Source: Leptogorgia sarmentosa (Eukaryota). From it: 64,000 bases of DNA. Location: positions 7,254,001-7,318,000 of the forward strand of contig OZ210885.1 of the NCBI GenBank assembly GCA_964658305.1, read 5' to 3'. Below the pieces are notes generated by a model. That model had not been told where the DNA came from. It saw nothing but the letters and a program-made list of their open reading frames with translations, and did not search any database. The position numbers and the translations under genes were made by a program. Position 1 is the stretch's first letter; each line of letters begins with the position of its first letter. Positions 12,487 through 26,251 of this stretch are shown here, one piece after another.

Positions 12487-14745
12487 ATAGCAGTGAGGTT
12501 TCCGAGATTATAGCGCGGCAAACATTGTCATAAACATAAGGCCTACATGTGACAGTACGCAAAGTCAAACTCGAATTTTATTAAAACCCTTTTCAACCAT
12601 TAGTACGTTATCAGCGTTAGCAATTAAAGCTGAAAACTAGTAGAAGGCTTTTTGACATGGGAAAATTTTGCTATACGTTTTGTTAAATAACAACCATCTA
12701 AAATACGTGAGAAACTTCCAGTTTAATCCCGATTGTAGCAATTCAAGTCTACTGTCATTTCGTTGTTAGCTTTACACACATAGTGGAAGTTCCATCTGTT
12801 AACATGCACAAGTGAATGAAAGCTACGAATAGTCTCATTAATTGAGCGATAAACTCCCCTCCAGTCACATAAGCTCGGTTTTTGATTGGTGGAGACGACA
12901 AAATATGAATTTTCGTCAGTCGGACGTATGTGATAATGACATGCTGTTCGAAAACAAACTTACTTGTGCAATGATATGCGTAAAACAGGCTTCCTGATTG
13001 CATGGTTGAGAACAGCATATTAGAATTTTCGTCCATTGACTATAAGTCATATATCATTCTATTGTCTATCGTAGAGACTGTACTGTATATGCCGTACACA
13101 CATGAGTATATAATTAATGTCAAATCGTCATCTGAAGAGTAGCTTTATAATAATTCATACAATCCATACAGATCTACAGTACAAGTCAAGGATCAGAATT
13201 AGCCTGCGGTGCATGCACGAGAGCTATCAGCTGAGCAAAAAGTTGCTAGTGCCTGTTAGCTCAGCCGATAGTCGAAATATAGAATTGTCAAACAATATAG
13301 CTACAGGACGGGAAAAAGTTGCATGGTACAATCGTAGAAACTATTGAGCATACGATGCAGATCGAACATCCAAAATTTTATTCGCGGTATAGCAACGACT
13401 GTTTTCTAGCTTGTCCATTCCTTCGCTTTCTTCGTTCATTGTGTAAAAAACATCATATTGACTGTGCACAGCAAATTCCTGTCGACTAAGTAAGATTCAT
13501 GCCACACAGCACGCGAAGTCAGACTACTGTACGCAAGATTATTGAATTAAAAGCCTTTAAAGCATTAAACATGCGAATATAAGCCAACCGAAAGTTCTAT
13601 GCGTAGTCACGAGATGCTGACATCGCAATACACAAAATGTAAAAAGTCATGTAATAAAGTCAAATGCAAAAGATCAAGACATGCGCACAAAGTGCCTGCA
13701 CTCGTGACAAAAACAACTGAAGGAACAAACTGCATGGTATACGTATGTATGTCACGTACGTGTAGGACAACGTCGAAAAAAGTTTTTCACGGCAGGAACG
13801 TCGCCAGGGAGGGGAATGAGGGGGGGGGACGAGTCCACCCAGTTATTTTATTTCTGTTCTAAATCTGAAGTCAAAAGTGGACGGGGGTTAGATTATCCAG
13901 AATGCTATTTCATATCAGTATATAGAAACATTGGAGATAATCGATTAGGTAAGACAGAGTTACCTTTGTTATATACTCGAATGCGTGACCAGTTATTATT
14001 TAACAATAGGTGCTTAGCAGCTTTTACGGTCTTTGTTGGAACAAAAGTGCGATATGTGGCTTTTAGATTATCAATATACCCCCCTGAAAATGCTAAAAAC
14101 AGCGTTTTAGAGGTCCCAGTATTTGGGGTATGCCCCCAAATCACTCTGGAAATATCACGTCCTCGATGCTCATCGTCCCCTGTTTCACGGTATGACCACG
14201 AAAAGAGGAGCGCACCCCCAATAAATTTACCCAACTGTTTCGCGAACTACCTCAACCCTCTAATTTTCCCTTTTGTTATGCAGAGAAAAAAAGGGCGGGG
14301 CTTATTGCCGCTGTCGTTCCATGCTGACAGAAATGAGACAGAGGGCTGGGGTTTGCATGTGAAAAATGCTATGACTACCACAATTAAAAAATCTGGCCAT
14401 AGGTTTGTTTACATTGTTGGCACTAACTGCATGACAACGCTTGCCAAATCTTCTCCTTAACTTTCTTCCAGTTTTCCCATATACAGTAAATGTAATGGGG
14501 AAATTTAATATAGTATGATTTGCATTTTTCATTTACAAGTATACGAACAGGCTAAACGCAATAAAGGGCCTTTGCTCGAAACGTTGAATCTTTTAGGCAG
14601 TGAGTACAACTTCTCCTGGTTGCGAATGTAGTTAATATTATATTATTACGACTAATATCATTGTTGTCAATTTCCTGGACGCTGATTGGCTAAAAAGCTT
14701 CAACAACTGTGCAAATTAAACTTTAATTTTCACAGTGTGCAAATG

Positions 14746-16530
14746 TGGCATTCTTGAACGGTATCCTTTCGATTTGTATATGCGTGGATTATACAGTCTT
14801 CCTATATTCTTGCTAGCATATTATAACCCAGCAAAAAATTGAGGAAGCTACAGCCCACTCTGGGCCATGGGCTCTACTGCGCTTGTAGAAAATAGTTGGA
14901 ATTTCTCGTATGACATTTTTAAAGACCTTGTATTCTACTCTACATTGCAAAGGCATAGGAAAATATCCGCGAGTACACGCAGTCTGCATTCCGCAGTAAT
15001 CGCATTGGCCGAGTCAAGCTAGGAATGTTACATTTCGATCGAAATATTTTTAATACAGCAAATATCGTTTTGTGTCATAACGTACAGTCTTTACCGTGTA
15101 AAAGTACGAAACATAAAAGCGTAAAGATTTTTGTTCCATAATAATGATCTTCCGTATGAATTTAATTGAGAAGAAGAAAGCTTGGTGAACCCATGAGTAA
15201 ACTCACTAAATTGCAATCCATCTTGATATACTTTAGGTCATATCAATTAATTATTCACATTTTCTGATGCCATACAATTTTATTTGTCAAATGGAAACCA
15301 CTTTCTTGCTTCCTCATCCTAACTTAATGTGAAACAAATTTCATACGCAGATCTTGATCAACGTATTTTTCAAGTTAAATCCTCACTACAATATCTCTTG
15401 ATTGGCAAGCTAAAACATTACATCTGTCAAATATCTGTCTCAACGCGTCTTTGCGCACAATAGCTAATCTCAATGGCTTTGAAGGTCAAGTATGCTTGAT
15501 ATTATTGTAGCTACGATCTTTTCAGTGATGTGAGATAAAGCAAAACAGAAAAACGATGTAATAAATGTTTTGGTGATTGTAATAAATGTAGTGGTGTCCA
15601 AAAGAATGAGCCCTAGCTGTTATGGAAAATTCGCATTGCAAACATTTCTTTGAAGCCGCGACACATATGAAATATGATATTTGATATGAATTGCGTTTAT
15701 AATGTGCTAGACTGACACAGCGAGCTAGCAACCGAAATGTTTTCAATTGTATGAAGCGAATAAAACGTCTTTAAGGCAACATGAATGCTCACCTCAATAG
15801 CTGCATTTAGGGATGGAAAATAACCACTCATTCAATGTCGTCTCTATCAATCACGTTATTCATTTATAAGTAGAAGTGCTAAATCTTCTAGTCTGGCTCA
15901 TTTCCTAAGCCTACCTCGACCTACATAAGTCCATAAAGTTCCGCGTTTATGTATCGCAGCTTTTCAAACACTGATATACGTCTGCGTTGTGCATATATTA
16001 ATTTATCAAATTTACAGGCATTTCTCAGTAATTTAATTCATCATTCGAACCAACGTCCAACGTCACTATAAAATATAATCCAATGTTTTAAAATTTGATA
16101 CACTCGGGTGTCTTAGCACACAGCCCACTTCGTTCCTTCTTGAGATGGTAACTTCGAAACCGTAAAAATATAGCATGCTGCTCAAGTTCAATGACCTGGT
16201 CTGGCAGAAACATTATCTGTATGTACATTTACTATAACTCTGTGTATAGTAAATCTATGAGTCTATAAATCAGGATCAAGACCTTTCGGTGATTTACACG
16301 AACAAAGGCAACTGATACTTGTAGGTGAATCAGCAGATATCTCACATCATAACAGTGAGAATATTTCAGCGCATATTATGAAATTTCACACTAATAATCA
16401 GTCTTTATATCAGTGCATTATGTATGAGCGATATGTAAAAATTATGTTAGGTTAACCTTTTCAGTTTTAAAACCTACTAGACCTACTATATATTGCTGCA
16501 AATACTTACAAATCATTCTGAGTCATGTCT
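14746..16530 (-). pseudogene. Decayed LRR-GPCR (LGR/GRL101-like) pseudogene, tandem copy A
   Basis: Highly similar to 16669-18432 (period about 1.92 kb); frameshifted LRR and TM-like remnants on the minus strand. Confidence 0.4.
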
Positions 16531-16668
16531 CCTAACTACAGCGCGCAACTTAAACTTCACCTGATATACCAGAATATGATTTTTAATTTCTGCACATTCA
16601 CTGCGGATCAGTATAGATAGTATCGTGCAAAATATAACGCGAAACCTGCTCAGCATAAGCAACTTTGT

Positions 16669-18432
16669 GTGGCATTCTTGATCGGTAATCCCTTCGATTT
16701 GTAAGCGTGGATTATACAGTCTTACTATATTCTTGTTAGCATATTATAACCCAGCAAAAAATTGAGGAAGCTACTGCCCACTCTGGGCCATGGGCTCTAC
16801 TGCGCTTGTAGAAAATAGTTCAATTTCTCGTATGATATTTTTAAAGAGTTTGTATTCTACTCTATATTGCAAAGGCATAGGAAAATATCCGCGAGTACAC
16901 GCAGTCTGCATTCCGCAGTAATCGCATTGGCCGAGTCAAGCTAGGAATGTTACATTTCGATCGAAATATTTTTAATACAGCAAATATCGTTTTGTGTCAT
17001 AACGTACAGTCTTTACCGTGTAAAATTTCGAAACATAAAAGCGTAAAGATTTTTGTTCCATAACAATGATCTTCTATGAATTTAATTGAGAAGAAGAAAG
17101 CTTGGTGAACCCATGAGTAAACACACTAAATTGCAATCCATCTTGATAGTGTAGGTCATATTAATTCATTATTCACATTTTCTGATGCCATACAATTTTA
17201 TTTGTCAAATGGAAACCACTTTCTTGTTTACTCATCCTAACTTAATGTGAAACAAATTTCATACGCAGATCTTGATCAACGTATTTTTCAAGTTAAATCC
17301 TCACTACATGCAGTATCACTTGAGTGGCAAGCTAAAACATTACATCTGGCAAATATCTGTCTCAACGCGTCTTTGCGCACAATAGCTAATCTCAATGGCT
17401 TTGAAGGTCAAGTATGTTGGATATTATTGTAGCTACGATCTTTTCAGTGATGTGAGATAAAGCAAAACAGAAAAACGATGTAATAAATGTTTTGGTGATT
17501 GAAATAAATGTAGTGGTGTCCAAAAGAATGAGGCCGTAGTTATTCTGGAAAATTCGCATTGGGAACATTTCTTTGAAGCCGCGACACATGAAATGAAATA
17601 TGATATTTGATACGAATTGTGTTTATGATGTGCTAGACTGACACAGCGAGCTTAGCAACCGAAATGTTTTGAATTGCATGAAGCGCATAAAACGTCTTTA
17701 AGGCAACATGAATGCTAACTACAATAGCTGCATTTAGGGATGGAAAATAACCACTCATTCAATGTCGTCTCTATCAATCACGTTATTCATTTATAAGTAG
17801 AAGTGCTAAATCTTCTAGTAGCCTACTTCGAGGTCTATAAGTCCGTAAAGTTCCGCGTTTTTGTATCGCAGCTTAGCAAACCCTGATTTGGATTTACGCC
17901 TGCGTTGTGCATATATTAATTTATCAAATTTAAAGTAATTTCTCAGTAATTTCAATTCATTATTCGAACCAACGTTTACTAATAAAATCTAATTTTCTAA
18001 AATTTAATACACTCGCGGGTGTCTTAGCACACAGCCCACTTCGTTCCTTCCTGAGATGGTAACTTCGAAACCGTAAAAATATAGCATGCTGCTCAAGTTC
18101 AGTGACCTGGTCTGGCAGAAACATTATCTATATGTACATTTACTATAAATCTGTGTATAGTAAATCTATGAGTCTATAAATCAGGATCAAGACCTTTCGG
18201 TGATTTACACGAACAAAGGCAACTGATACTTGTAGGTGAACAGCAGATATCTCACATCATTACAGTGAGAATATTTCAGCGCATATTATGAAATTTCACA
18301 CTAATAATCAGTCACTATATCAGTGCATTAGCTACATAGGAGCGATATGTAAAAATTATGTTAGGTTAACCTTTTCAGTTTTAAAACCTACAATATTTTT
18401 GCAAATACTTCCAAATCATTCTGAGTCATGTC
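16669..18432 (-). pseudogene. Decayed LRR-GPCR-like pseudogene, tandem copy B
   Basis: Fragments RIFQNNYGLILLD, YLTSLK/DRSYNNIQH, CSEDL/LKNTLIKICV*, NVNNELI and GPEWAVASSIF resemble LRR, hinge and 7TM of LGR receptors; many stops and frameshifts. Confidence 0.45.
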
Positions 18433-18599
18433 TCGTATTGCATATTTCAATAAATATGAGTAGACCTTGTCTGTGCTTTTGCCTTGTCTTATGGTTATGC
18501 AAGCTATAACAATAACATGTGTAGGTATAGCATTATATAACACGCTGAAACGGGAAATATTCAATTCGAATCCGTGCGCCATTATACATTTATCCATCT

Positions 18600-20560
18600 T
18601 AGAATAATTCACATTTCTCGTATTGTATAGCATATTTGAAGATCATTTTGCACCACATTCCAAAGGCATTTGCGAGTGTACACAGTCTGCATTCCACAAT
18701 AATCGCGTTGGCTAATTGACACTAGAAATATTATATTTCTTACCTTTATTTGAGTACGTCTATCGCAACATTTTGAATAAATCTTTTCTTGTGCTATATC
18801 GTACGGTCTTTACGTTCAAAGTACTAAACATAAAAGTGTAAAGACTTCGGATCCCTAATAGATAATCTTCTTTTAGTTTCAAAACGAAAGCGAAAATAAA
18901 CATTAGGCCGTACGTATGCCGAGAGCAGTGCGACAAAATATTGAAACCTGACACGTTAAAAATACATGACATGTTGCTTGGGAAACAAATAAAACTTCAA
19001 TCAAGAGTATCGAAAGGGGGTTAACATACGCAGTTTAATTTCCTCACAGTTGACTATGGCCTCTTTCTACTACGTACGACTTGTGTTAATTATAAATTGC
19101 ATTGCACATCAATTTGGCTGCCTGTTATAATTTAGTTGGCGTAACTGTAAAATTATGACTTAAAACATTTAAAAATTAGTAATAGATACCATATAGTGTC
19201 ATAGATTAACTCGGAATAAAAATAGGTGCGGAAATCTAGCTATAAAATAGTAAACCAGAATATATCGCCAATCTCTCAACGCCTCTCGTGAATACCTCTG
19301 GGTTACATTAGTGCATGATGGAAATGTTTATTGGTACTGAAGCAGATAACCTTGATTGTCAATGCTTGAACTCATTAATTCCAATCCATGTACCTTATTA
19401 TTTTACTCTGATGTCAGATGATATTACGTACTGACCAAAAAGAAAGCGATGCTTATCAAATGACTTACCCATTCAATTGAAAATACACCTTGATCAGTAC
19501 TACTTTATCTTTGGGCACATTGTAATGCCCGACAATTCATATTTCATTTGACAAGCGAAAACCACTGTGTTTCTAACGAGTTAGCAAAAAAAGTCCTCCA
19601 GAATGCTCAGTTAGAGCATTCAACTGCAATATGGCCCGATACACCCTTCTCAATCAACCAACAACTGATGGCGCAATCTTAACTCCTGAGCTAACCTTTA
19701 TGCAAGCACTTGATTAGCAACAATCTATCCAGTATAAATACTGTCAGATTGGTCAGGCAGGAGCAGTGCTTGTAATAGACAGATTACTAATCATGTAATG
19801 TAGCACTGGAACTGCCATAGGCTATTTTCTTATCCATGGTGATCGACGACTGTGCTTATCACAGGAAACTTATGGCTATCTGTAAAACCCGGAACGGGGA
19901 ATCGGGGAACGGAACGAGGAACGGAACGAGGAAGAGGAAAACCCGGAACATGAAAAGCCGGAATCTGTAAAACCCGGAACATGAAAAGCCGGAATCTGTA
20001 AAACCCGGAACGAGAAAAGCCGGTATCTGTAAAACCCGGAACATGAAAAGCCGGAATCTGTAAAACCCGGAACATGAAAAGCCGGAATCTGTAAAACCCG
20101 GAACATGAAAAGCCGGTATCTGTAAAACCCGGAACATGAAAAGCCGGAATCTGTAAAACCCGGAACATGAAAAGCCGGCTTTTCATGTTCCGGGTTTTAC
20201 AGATTCCGGCTTTTCTCGTTCCGGGTTTTCCCGTTCCTCGTTCCGTTCCCCGATTCCCCGTTCCGGGTTTTACAGATAGCCGGAAACTTATGTTCGTATC
20301 TTTGTTAGACAGTATAGTTAGGAATTTAGGTACTTATGAGTTTACGTAGAGAAAAGGTGTGCTGCTGCCCAACATCGAGCAGTATTAGTTAAGGTTTTCC
20401 TGGAGTGAGAATCTACACGGAACTGTCTAAAGATAAAGTAAAGTAGCTAAAGTAGTAAAGTCTAAGCGCTATTGGGGAAACATCTGTAAGTTATTCTTAT
20501 TATCCATAGTTTTTAACTGCGTGTTACATCATATTGTATTTCAATAAATATGATTAGGTA
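18600..20560 (-). pseudogene. Third, more diverged LRR-receptor-like relic
   Basis: 18630-18870 aligns by eye with the starts of copies A/B (cagtctgcattcc motif); LRR-like fragments SCLTNLTVFILD and LQLNALTEHSGGLF. Confidence 0.3.
19874..20281. mobile_element. Foldback-like (MULE-type) MITE built from 31-bp tandem units
   Basis: TIR ggctatctgtaaaacccggaacgggg...; 10-bp TSD GGAAACTTAT; unit atctgtaaaacccggaacatgaaaagccgga about 7x in the left arm, about 1.5x inverted in the right arm. Confidence 0.85.
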
Positions 20561-20593
20561 ACATAGAACACAGCTGAAACGGGAACTATTGGT

Positions 20594-20656
20594 GCGAGTG
20601 ACTCGCGCGCACTCGCTACGCGCGAGTCGAGTGTATGTTACTCGAGGACGGTACTG
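20594..20656. repeat. Isolated terminal fragment of the 21832-22950 MITE family
   Basis: Identical to the right end of that element, ending ggacggtactg-ta. Confidence 0.85.
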
Positions 20657-21831
20657 TAACTTGATACAAGAGCTTTCTTTATGGCATGGAATATGTTGTT
20701 AGCAACCAAACAAAACATCTGGCAATTAACTACTTTGCTACGCGTCTACAAAAGAGGCCAGCGAAACCGAAATTCAGAAATTGGAAATTGGAACCGTCTT
20801 ACAGGTGAGCTTATACGTTATACGTTAAACAAATATAGGATCAGTGGATTTATATATTCCGCATCTTGAATTTGTATTGTACAATGTTTCATGCAAAGTT
20901 AAGACAAAATATGGCAACATGATAAATAATACTCACTTTGAAAAACATGGGTCATTAACAACGACACCGTACCTTAAAAACCTCGCACTCTAGTTCACTA
21001 GTTGAGTGCTTACAACGACTGATAATTTCAGTAGACGGCTCAGGCATGTTACCATATAGTAACTTTCCTTTACAATAATTGATTTTTTCGGTAGTCAAAA
21101 TATTTTGCTATTTACATTTTGCCGTTAAGAGAAAAACCTGAAGCTGTCATCATCAACATAGCTGCAATTCGACAGATCCTGTGTGTAAACTGACCCATTT
21201 TGGTAAATAATATTTGAAATAAATTGTCCCTCATTAGCCATTTAAGTTTGAGATGTTTGCGGCACATGGCTAACCGCAAACGGCAATTCGTATATTGAGT
21301 TCTGCTGTTCGTTGTCCGAAGTTGGGCTGATTCAGAAAACTGAAGCGTGAATCATTTTTACTGCCGAAAACTTGTAGAACTTATTTTTAAATAGGTGTCT
21401 CGATTGTCTCTTGTTTGTATGCGTTTGTATTCTTGCGTTGTGTGTTTGCGTCTCAACAACAATCGAGAGCAGTAAGCGGAGGTTCTTTCAATAAGGCAGG
21501 CGCTATACGACGCTTTTTCGTCGAATATAATTCAGACGAATTTATTTCTATCAATAAATGCGAGTCAAATGCGACGTATAACTCGATTAAATTCGACGGG
21601 TCGTCGGGGTCGAATTAAATTCGTCTCACTCGCATTATCCAATGTATAGATCCATTGTTTTGGTGAAAATACGCATGCGCATATTAGCTATACTCGCACT
21701 GCCCACGCGCAGATAGGATATACGGATTTTCCCTGTGGGTTTTCCCTAATTTTTTCAGTAAAAACAGCATAGAATGACAGAATAGACATCAAAACTTGTG
21801 ATATTAACGAATAAAAAAGAACAAACACATA

Positions 21832-22950
21832 CAGTACCGTCCTCGAGTAACATACACTCGACTCGCGCGTAGCGAGTGCGCGCGAGTCACTCGCGAGTCG
21901 TTCGAGTACTCGCTTGACTCGTTACTCGCGAGTACGCGCAAATCATGTTGGCAAGAAATACTCGCTTCACTCGCAAAATAGATCACTTGCTGCACTCGCG
22001 AGTATTTCGAGTCTGCGAGTATAAAACCGGTAAAAACACTAAAAACACTAAAAATCAATTTGTTAAAGTAAAGTTTATGTAGACATAGGTACTCACTCCG
22101 TCATCAGGTATAAACACACATGTAATAATCACAAATAACCAACGCAGGCGATTTTCCCGTATTCAGCGGTCAAAACTCCGTTTTCCTTGTATTCGATAAA
22201 AAGTCCCTTCCATAAGTTTTGTCAGGTTTGATGGCCGTTTAGAGCAGAATGAATCACCGAATTTTGTATAGGTTATTTTTATCCAAAGGCAGAGCAACGC
22301 GACAATGAGGATGTCTCAATTGAGCGCAAATAACAAATGCAAATTCATCGCTCATTGTATCACTGTTATGCTAATAACATGTCAACTTCGCATTCATAAC
22401 ATGTCAACTTGCATTCATAACATGTCAACTTCGCATTCATAACATGTCAACTTCGCACTCATAACAATAATCAAATAATAAACGCGTTGCTCTGCCTTTG
22501 GATAAAAATAACCTATACAAAATTCGGTGATTAATTCTGCTCTAAACGGCCATCAAACCTGACAAAACTTGTGGAAGGGACTTCTGATCGAATACAAGGA
22601 CAACGGAGTTTTGACCGAATACGAGAAAACCGCCTGCATTGGTTATTTGTGATTATTACATGTGTGTTTATACCTGATGAAGCGGTGAGTACCTATGTCT
22701 ACATAAACATTTACATTAACAAATTGATTTTTAGTGTTTTTAGTGTTTTTACTGGTTTTATACTCGCAGGCTCGAAATACTCGCGAGTGCAGCGAGTGAT
22801 CTATTTTGCGAGTGAAGCGAGTATTTCTTGCCAACATGATTTGCGCGTACTCGCGAGTAGCGAGTCAAACGAGTACTCGAACGACTCGCGAGTGACTCGC
22901 GCGCACTCGCTACGCGCGAGTCGAGTGTATGTTACTCGAGGACGGTACTG
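21832..22950. mobile_element. Long-TIR MITE with TA TSD (Tc1/mariner/pogo-like)
   Basis: TA|cagtaccgtcctcgag ... ctcgaggacggtactg|TA; inverted arms about 470 bp; central 22-bp tandem ataacatgtcaacttcgcattc about 4x. Confidence 0.9.
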
Positions 22951-23353
22951 TAATCACAAACATATATATATATATTCAGTGGCTACTGTTTCAAAATATC
23001 GTTTTGATGTCAAATTCTACTTGTACATCCTAATTCAAGCAGTAAACAACGAAGCAGGGTAGCTCGCCGGCTCGCACAAGTGAAGGACCTTTAACTGTAA
23101 AAGAAGGTGCAGGCCCCAACTGGAAAGCTGTTATGATGGATAATTATATATAAATTAGTCATTACTGAAAAAAATCCCTCTTGTTGCATTCCGAGGGCCT
23201 AAGCTCAAAACCAAAATACATTATGTATTCTACAGAAAGCTATCTAGGCTTTTGTCTGGAAAATTTATATTTCTGTATATATTTGAACTATTACATAATT
23301 AAGTTGTTATCTGGAATGCTGAGAAAGAAATGAACCTGAGACTTGAGCACCCT

Positions 23354-23843
23354 CAGTGGCCTAACGGAGGGGTGTCAGGGTGTCAAGTGACGGGGCCCCC
23401 AGCTTTAAGGGCCCCCGACAAAAATTACTATAAAAAATTTGACAGCACAATTCTAAGAAATTCAATTACGAAAAACAGGCAGATTGGAAGCTAGCTGTTG
23501 TTGAGTTGCTCATTAATAATGTTATTATGTTATAATTTCACGAAAAACCATGCTGGCATGCAAAGTCAAACAAAAACGTGCAAAGACGCGCGAATCCGAA
23601 CTTTGCATAGGGTTTTCACAGTCCAAATTGACGAAGTCTGTACGAATGGGGATTTTAGTATATTTCCAATAAAATGCAAATATCATTTGTGTTCAGGATC
23701 CTTCGGAAGCATAATCTTATTCTATAGCTATTAATATCTAAGTGTGGAGATTGCGATTGTGTAGACATAAGTTGTAGTAAATCCAGCCTATTTTGGTAGT
23801 TTTAGTGGAGCAAAGGGTTGAGCAAGGTGGTGTTACGCCACTG
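23354..23843. mobile_element. hAT-type MITE
   Basis: TIR cagtggcctaac/gttacgccactg; perfect 8-bp TSD AGCACCCT; inverted homolog of 12114-12486. Confidence 0.9.
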
Positions 23844-25508
23844 AGCACCCTTCACACCGACACACCTAAAACCCTGGCCAGCCCAGACTATATCTTCAGA
23901 GTATACATAATAGAAACAAGAACAGTATAATTATACTTTATCAATCGGATTCGCATTATCTATATTTACACGTATATCTAGATCTCCTGTCATGGGCAGG
24001 TTTAGCAGTCATCGTGGAAGGTAAAACGCACCTGGCGCTAATACAGCCACAAATCTATAAGACAAGTAACTTCGGCACGAATAACCAGTATGTGGTATTT
24101 TGAAATAAAGAAATAAGGATTTGAGGAAAATGTCGAATGTCGAATTAAAAAATGTTAAATGTCGAATATAAATATATTGACCATTATGTAAAATACACAA
24201 ACTGGGATGTCAAATAAGAACTTGAATTTTGGCGGATATATAACGTCATAGATTTGAGCGTAGGCCTTTAACTAACAAGTAGAATCTTATTTAGGCGATA
24301 CATAGAAGGCATGATTTAAAAGAGCCAAACGTATCTTGCCTAGTTGTCAAATAATCATTGAAATTTTTTTTGAGATTTTCTTCTATTTTATGAATATCCT
24401 TTGAAAACGTTATTGTGCAAAGACACTTGTCATATCTTATCTATTTATGTACTTTATGAATGATTCAGTATAGCATCGCGTCATGTAGACTTACCAGCGT
24501 TAGCAGGTGGAGAAAGTCGAGAAACAGTGTTTTTTCAAATGTTTCTGAGTTTGGTAGAAAAAGTTTGGTTTTCCGGGAAGCAAGGAAGAGGATTTGCAAT
24601 AAGAGCCAGTATTTCCAGATGTGGGAGGCAAGGAAGCATAAAAGCATTTGAACAAATATTGAAAATCTCCTTGATTTTGTACATATACAGTGGGTCTACA
24701 CAAAAAAAGGCTACCCTTTGAATTCAAGCGCTAGTGCCGAATTCTGTGTTATTTCAGCTGAACAAATTCAATTAATGCGCAATGCAAGAACAAAAATTCA
24801 CTGCTTTCTCATTTTAAGCTCATTAATAGGGAGTTAAAACCATTCCAATTAATAAGCAAAAATAAATGTTCAAATTCAATTCAATTTTCGTTTCTTTTAA
24901 TTGTAAAATCGGGGAAAACCACTGCGATGTACTAAGATAATATAACAGCTCAGTGGAAAAAACCCCACAGGGGAACCCATTTGTCTTGTGCGCCTGCGCA
25001 GTGCAAATTTAGCAGACGTGCGCATGCGTATTTGCTACCAAAAAATGGCGGTTTGAATATTTCAAAGCGCGGAATTAGCAAACTTTGGGAGCATTTTTCT
25101 CCCAATTGTGCACCTGTTTCGCTTGGGGAGCAACGGATTCTGTTTTTATCTATTCATTCATGTGAAAATTATGTAGTTCCACGAGGGATGCAACGGAATC
25201 CGTTTTCTAAGCACATTTTCGATGCTCATCCTACGGCCTATATTAAAACGTGTAGATGTGTTCAGAGTGCGAGTGTAATCTAAAACCTTAGTGAATTGTT
25301 CTGACCAATAAATTACGAGTATAGGTGCGATTGTTACTGATTGTGCATTAATTTGACGTGTGTGCGTCACTGTGCGATTTATGTTGTCAAGGTGCGAAAT
25401 TCGATATCTTTGTAGGTATAGTGTATGAACAGAACAGTGCTTAATAAGTTCTATCGTCTAATGTAATAATGTTCCGTCGCTTTTTCACGACAATAGGTAC
25501 ACATAGTA

Positions 25509-26016
25509 TACATGTATCTGCGCCTTTGTAGCTTGATGATCAAGTCTTATTTGTTTTCAGCTTTTCGATACACGCATCTTATCTGTCCCTAATACGCGAT
25601 CTTGCATGTATAAAATGGTTTACTGCTAGGGAATAGGCGAATAGCGCAAATACTACCTAATTCCTTTCAAGACGTGAGGTTATGCGGAGACATATTCAAT
25701 ACTTGATATAAGCTTTCATGACTATCTCGCATTCCGGAATTTCCGAGATCATATATCAAATTGCATAAGGAATTGAAACTTGACGACATATGTTATCGCA
25801 TTTTATGTTATTGCGTCTTTAAAATAGACACAGCGCCTTGCGATTGTTTGTGAAAAATGTGGCTCTCTAAAAACCAAATTTACCCTTCAATTTAATTCAA
25901 CCATTCTGTATGGCGAAGCGTCAAAATATAGTAGATATTCCGTGATCACAATGACACCGCGGGCAATCCAAACATATACAGTGTGTCAGTGCGACAGTGC
26001 CGACACGCTAAAGTAT
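25509..26016 (+). repeat. Dispersed repeat, copy 2
   Basis: Matches 1512-2246 with an internal deletion. Confidence 0.85.
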
Positions 26017-26251
26017 AAAAGTGACTAAGTCACAAAGTCGCAGTCTAATATAAAATTGTTTGCTTACGGTGGCCTTTCAGTGAGCTGGCTCAGTAGCGCG
26101 TTTGTTAAGGATCGCAGCACACAACAAACCGAAGCGCGGTGGGGCTGGAGTTTCTTTTCGCCGGAAGACTTGTTTATTTTTCTCAAAAAGTTTTGAAGAC
26201 AATTTTTCTCGCTTCATAGTGTTTAGGGTTAGACTGTCATAAGGTTAGGGT

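Noticed and set aside
13816..14460. 214-aa ORF
   Set aside because: No recognisable domain; overlaps MITE-like sequence with G/C runs
19940..20185. CRISPR-like array
   Set aside because: Contiguous 31-bp units with no unique spacers, inside a TSD-flanked foldback element; no cas genes; eukaryotic context
19830..20349. Repetitive ORFs (MFRVLQIPAF...)
   Set aside because: Artefacts of the 31-bp repeat read in several frames
21804..23062. Two mirror-image ORFs (84 and 163 aa)
   Set aside because: Produced by the two inverted arms of a MITE; no transposase motifs
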